The translations under genes were made by a program, and so were the position numbers. A stretch of DNA of 12,147 bases from Okeania sp. GTDB lineage: Bacteria > Cyanobacteriota > Cyanobacteriia > Cyanobacteriales > Microcoleaceae. This document shows, piece after piece, positions 12,111 through 12,147 of the stretch. Where the stretch lies: the NCBI RefSeq assembly GCF_035285525.1, contig NZ_JAYKGW010000040.1, forward strand, positions 1 to 12,147, written 5' to 3'. Numbering within the stretch: the first letter of the stretch is position 1; each line of letters starts with the position of its first letter. The notes beneath the pieces were generated by a model. The model saw only the letters and a list, made by a program, of their open reading frames with translations. It was not told the DNA's origin and made no database searches.

Positions 12111-12147
12111 TTAATTGGGTGGATTTCATATTTGCCAAAATACTTGA

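Overview
The window looks cyanobacterial, probably a filamentous, AT-rich lineage. Evidence: two HIP1 octamers (GCGATCGC), STRR-like heptamer repeats, several pentapeptide-repeat genes and a DUF1995-like gene. It splits into two parts.

Part A (1 to ~7750) is an accessory-looking locus. It is built around a very large plus-strand ORF (239..3688, 1149 aa, no plausible native start). That ORF encodes an Fn3-like segment, a lipase-like alpha/beta-hydrolase domain (HGF oxyanion motif, GFSRG nucleophile elbow), a beta-sandwich domain, and a C-terminal DNA/RNA non-specific endonuclease domain of the Serratia/Anabaena NucA family (DRGH at nt 2921-2932, Asn at 2996-2998). Downstream lie three paralogous pentapeptide-repeat protein (PRP) genes, all on the minus strand, each convergent with a plus-strand ORF. 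Two of those plus-strand partners are nuclease C-termini: the intact one, and a 5'-truncated orphan copy at 5758..6171. The third is an unknown 160-aa ORF. A further fragment of a YVTN/LVIVD-like beta-propeller protein (7007..7744) closes the locus.

My main hypothesis is a polymorphic-toxin-like nuclease locus with displaced orphan C-termini, in which DNA-mimicking PRPs act as the cognate nuclease inhibitors (immunity). This is inference only. The 5' end of the big gene appears disrupted, with an in-frame TGA at 87-89 and a frame change at ~240.

Part B (~7750 to the end) is lower in GC and looks like housekeeping DNA. It holds trmH, a PPP-type metallophosphoesterase, a DUF1995-like protein, and a 288-aa repeat protein. 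The N-terminus of that repeat protein carries six copies of a TT-x4-EE (TTLAIGEEGG) motif, which matches the plesiocin-type graspetide core as I recall it. The junction between the two parts carries a perfect 14-bp palindrome and an 80-bp tandem duplication that includes the last 13 nt of trmH. No tRNA, rRNA, CRISPR array or transposase was recognised.
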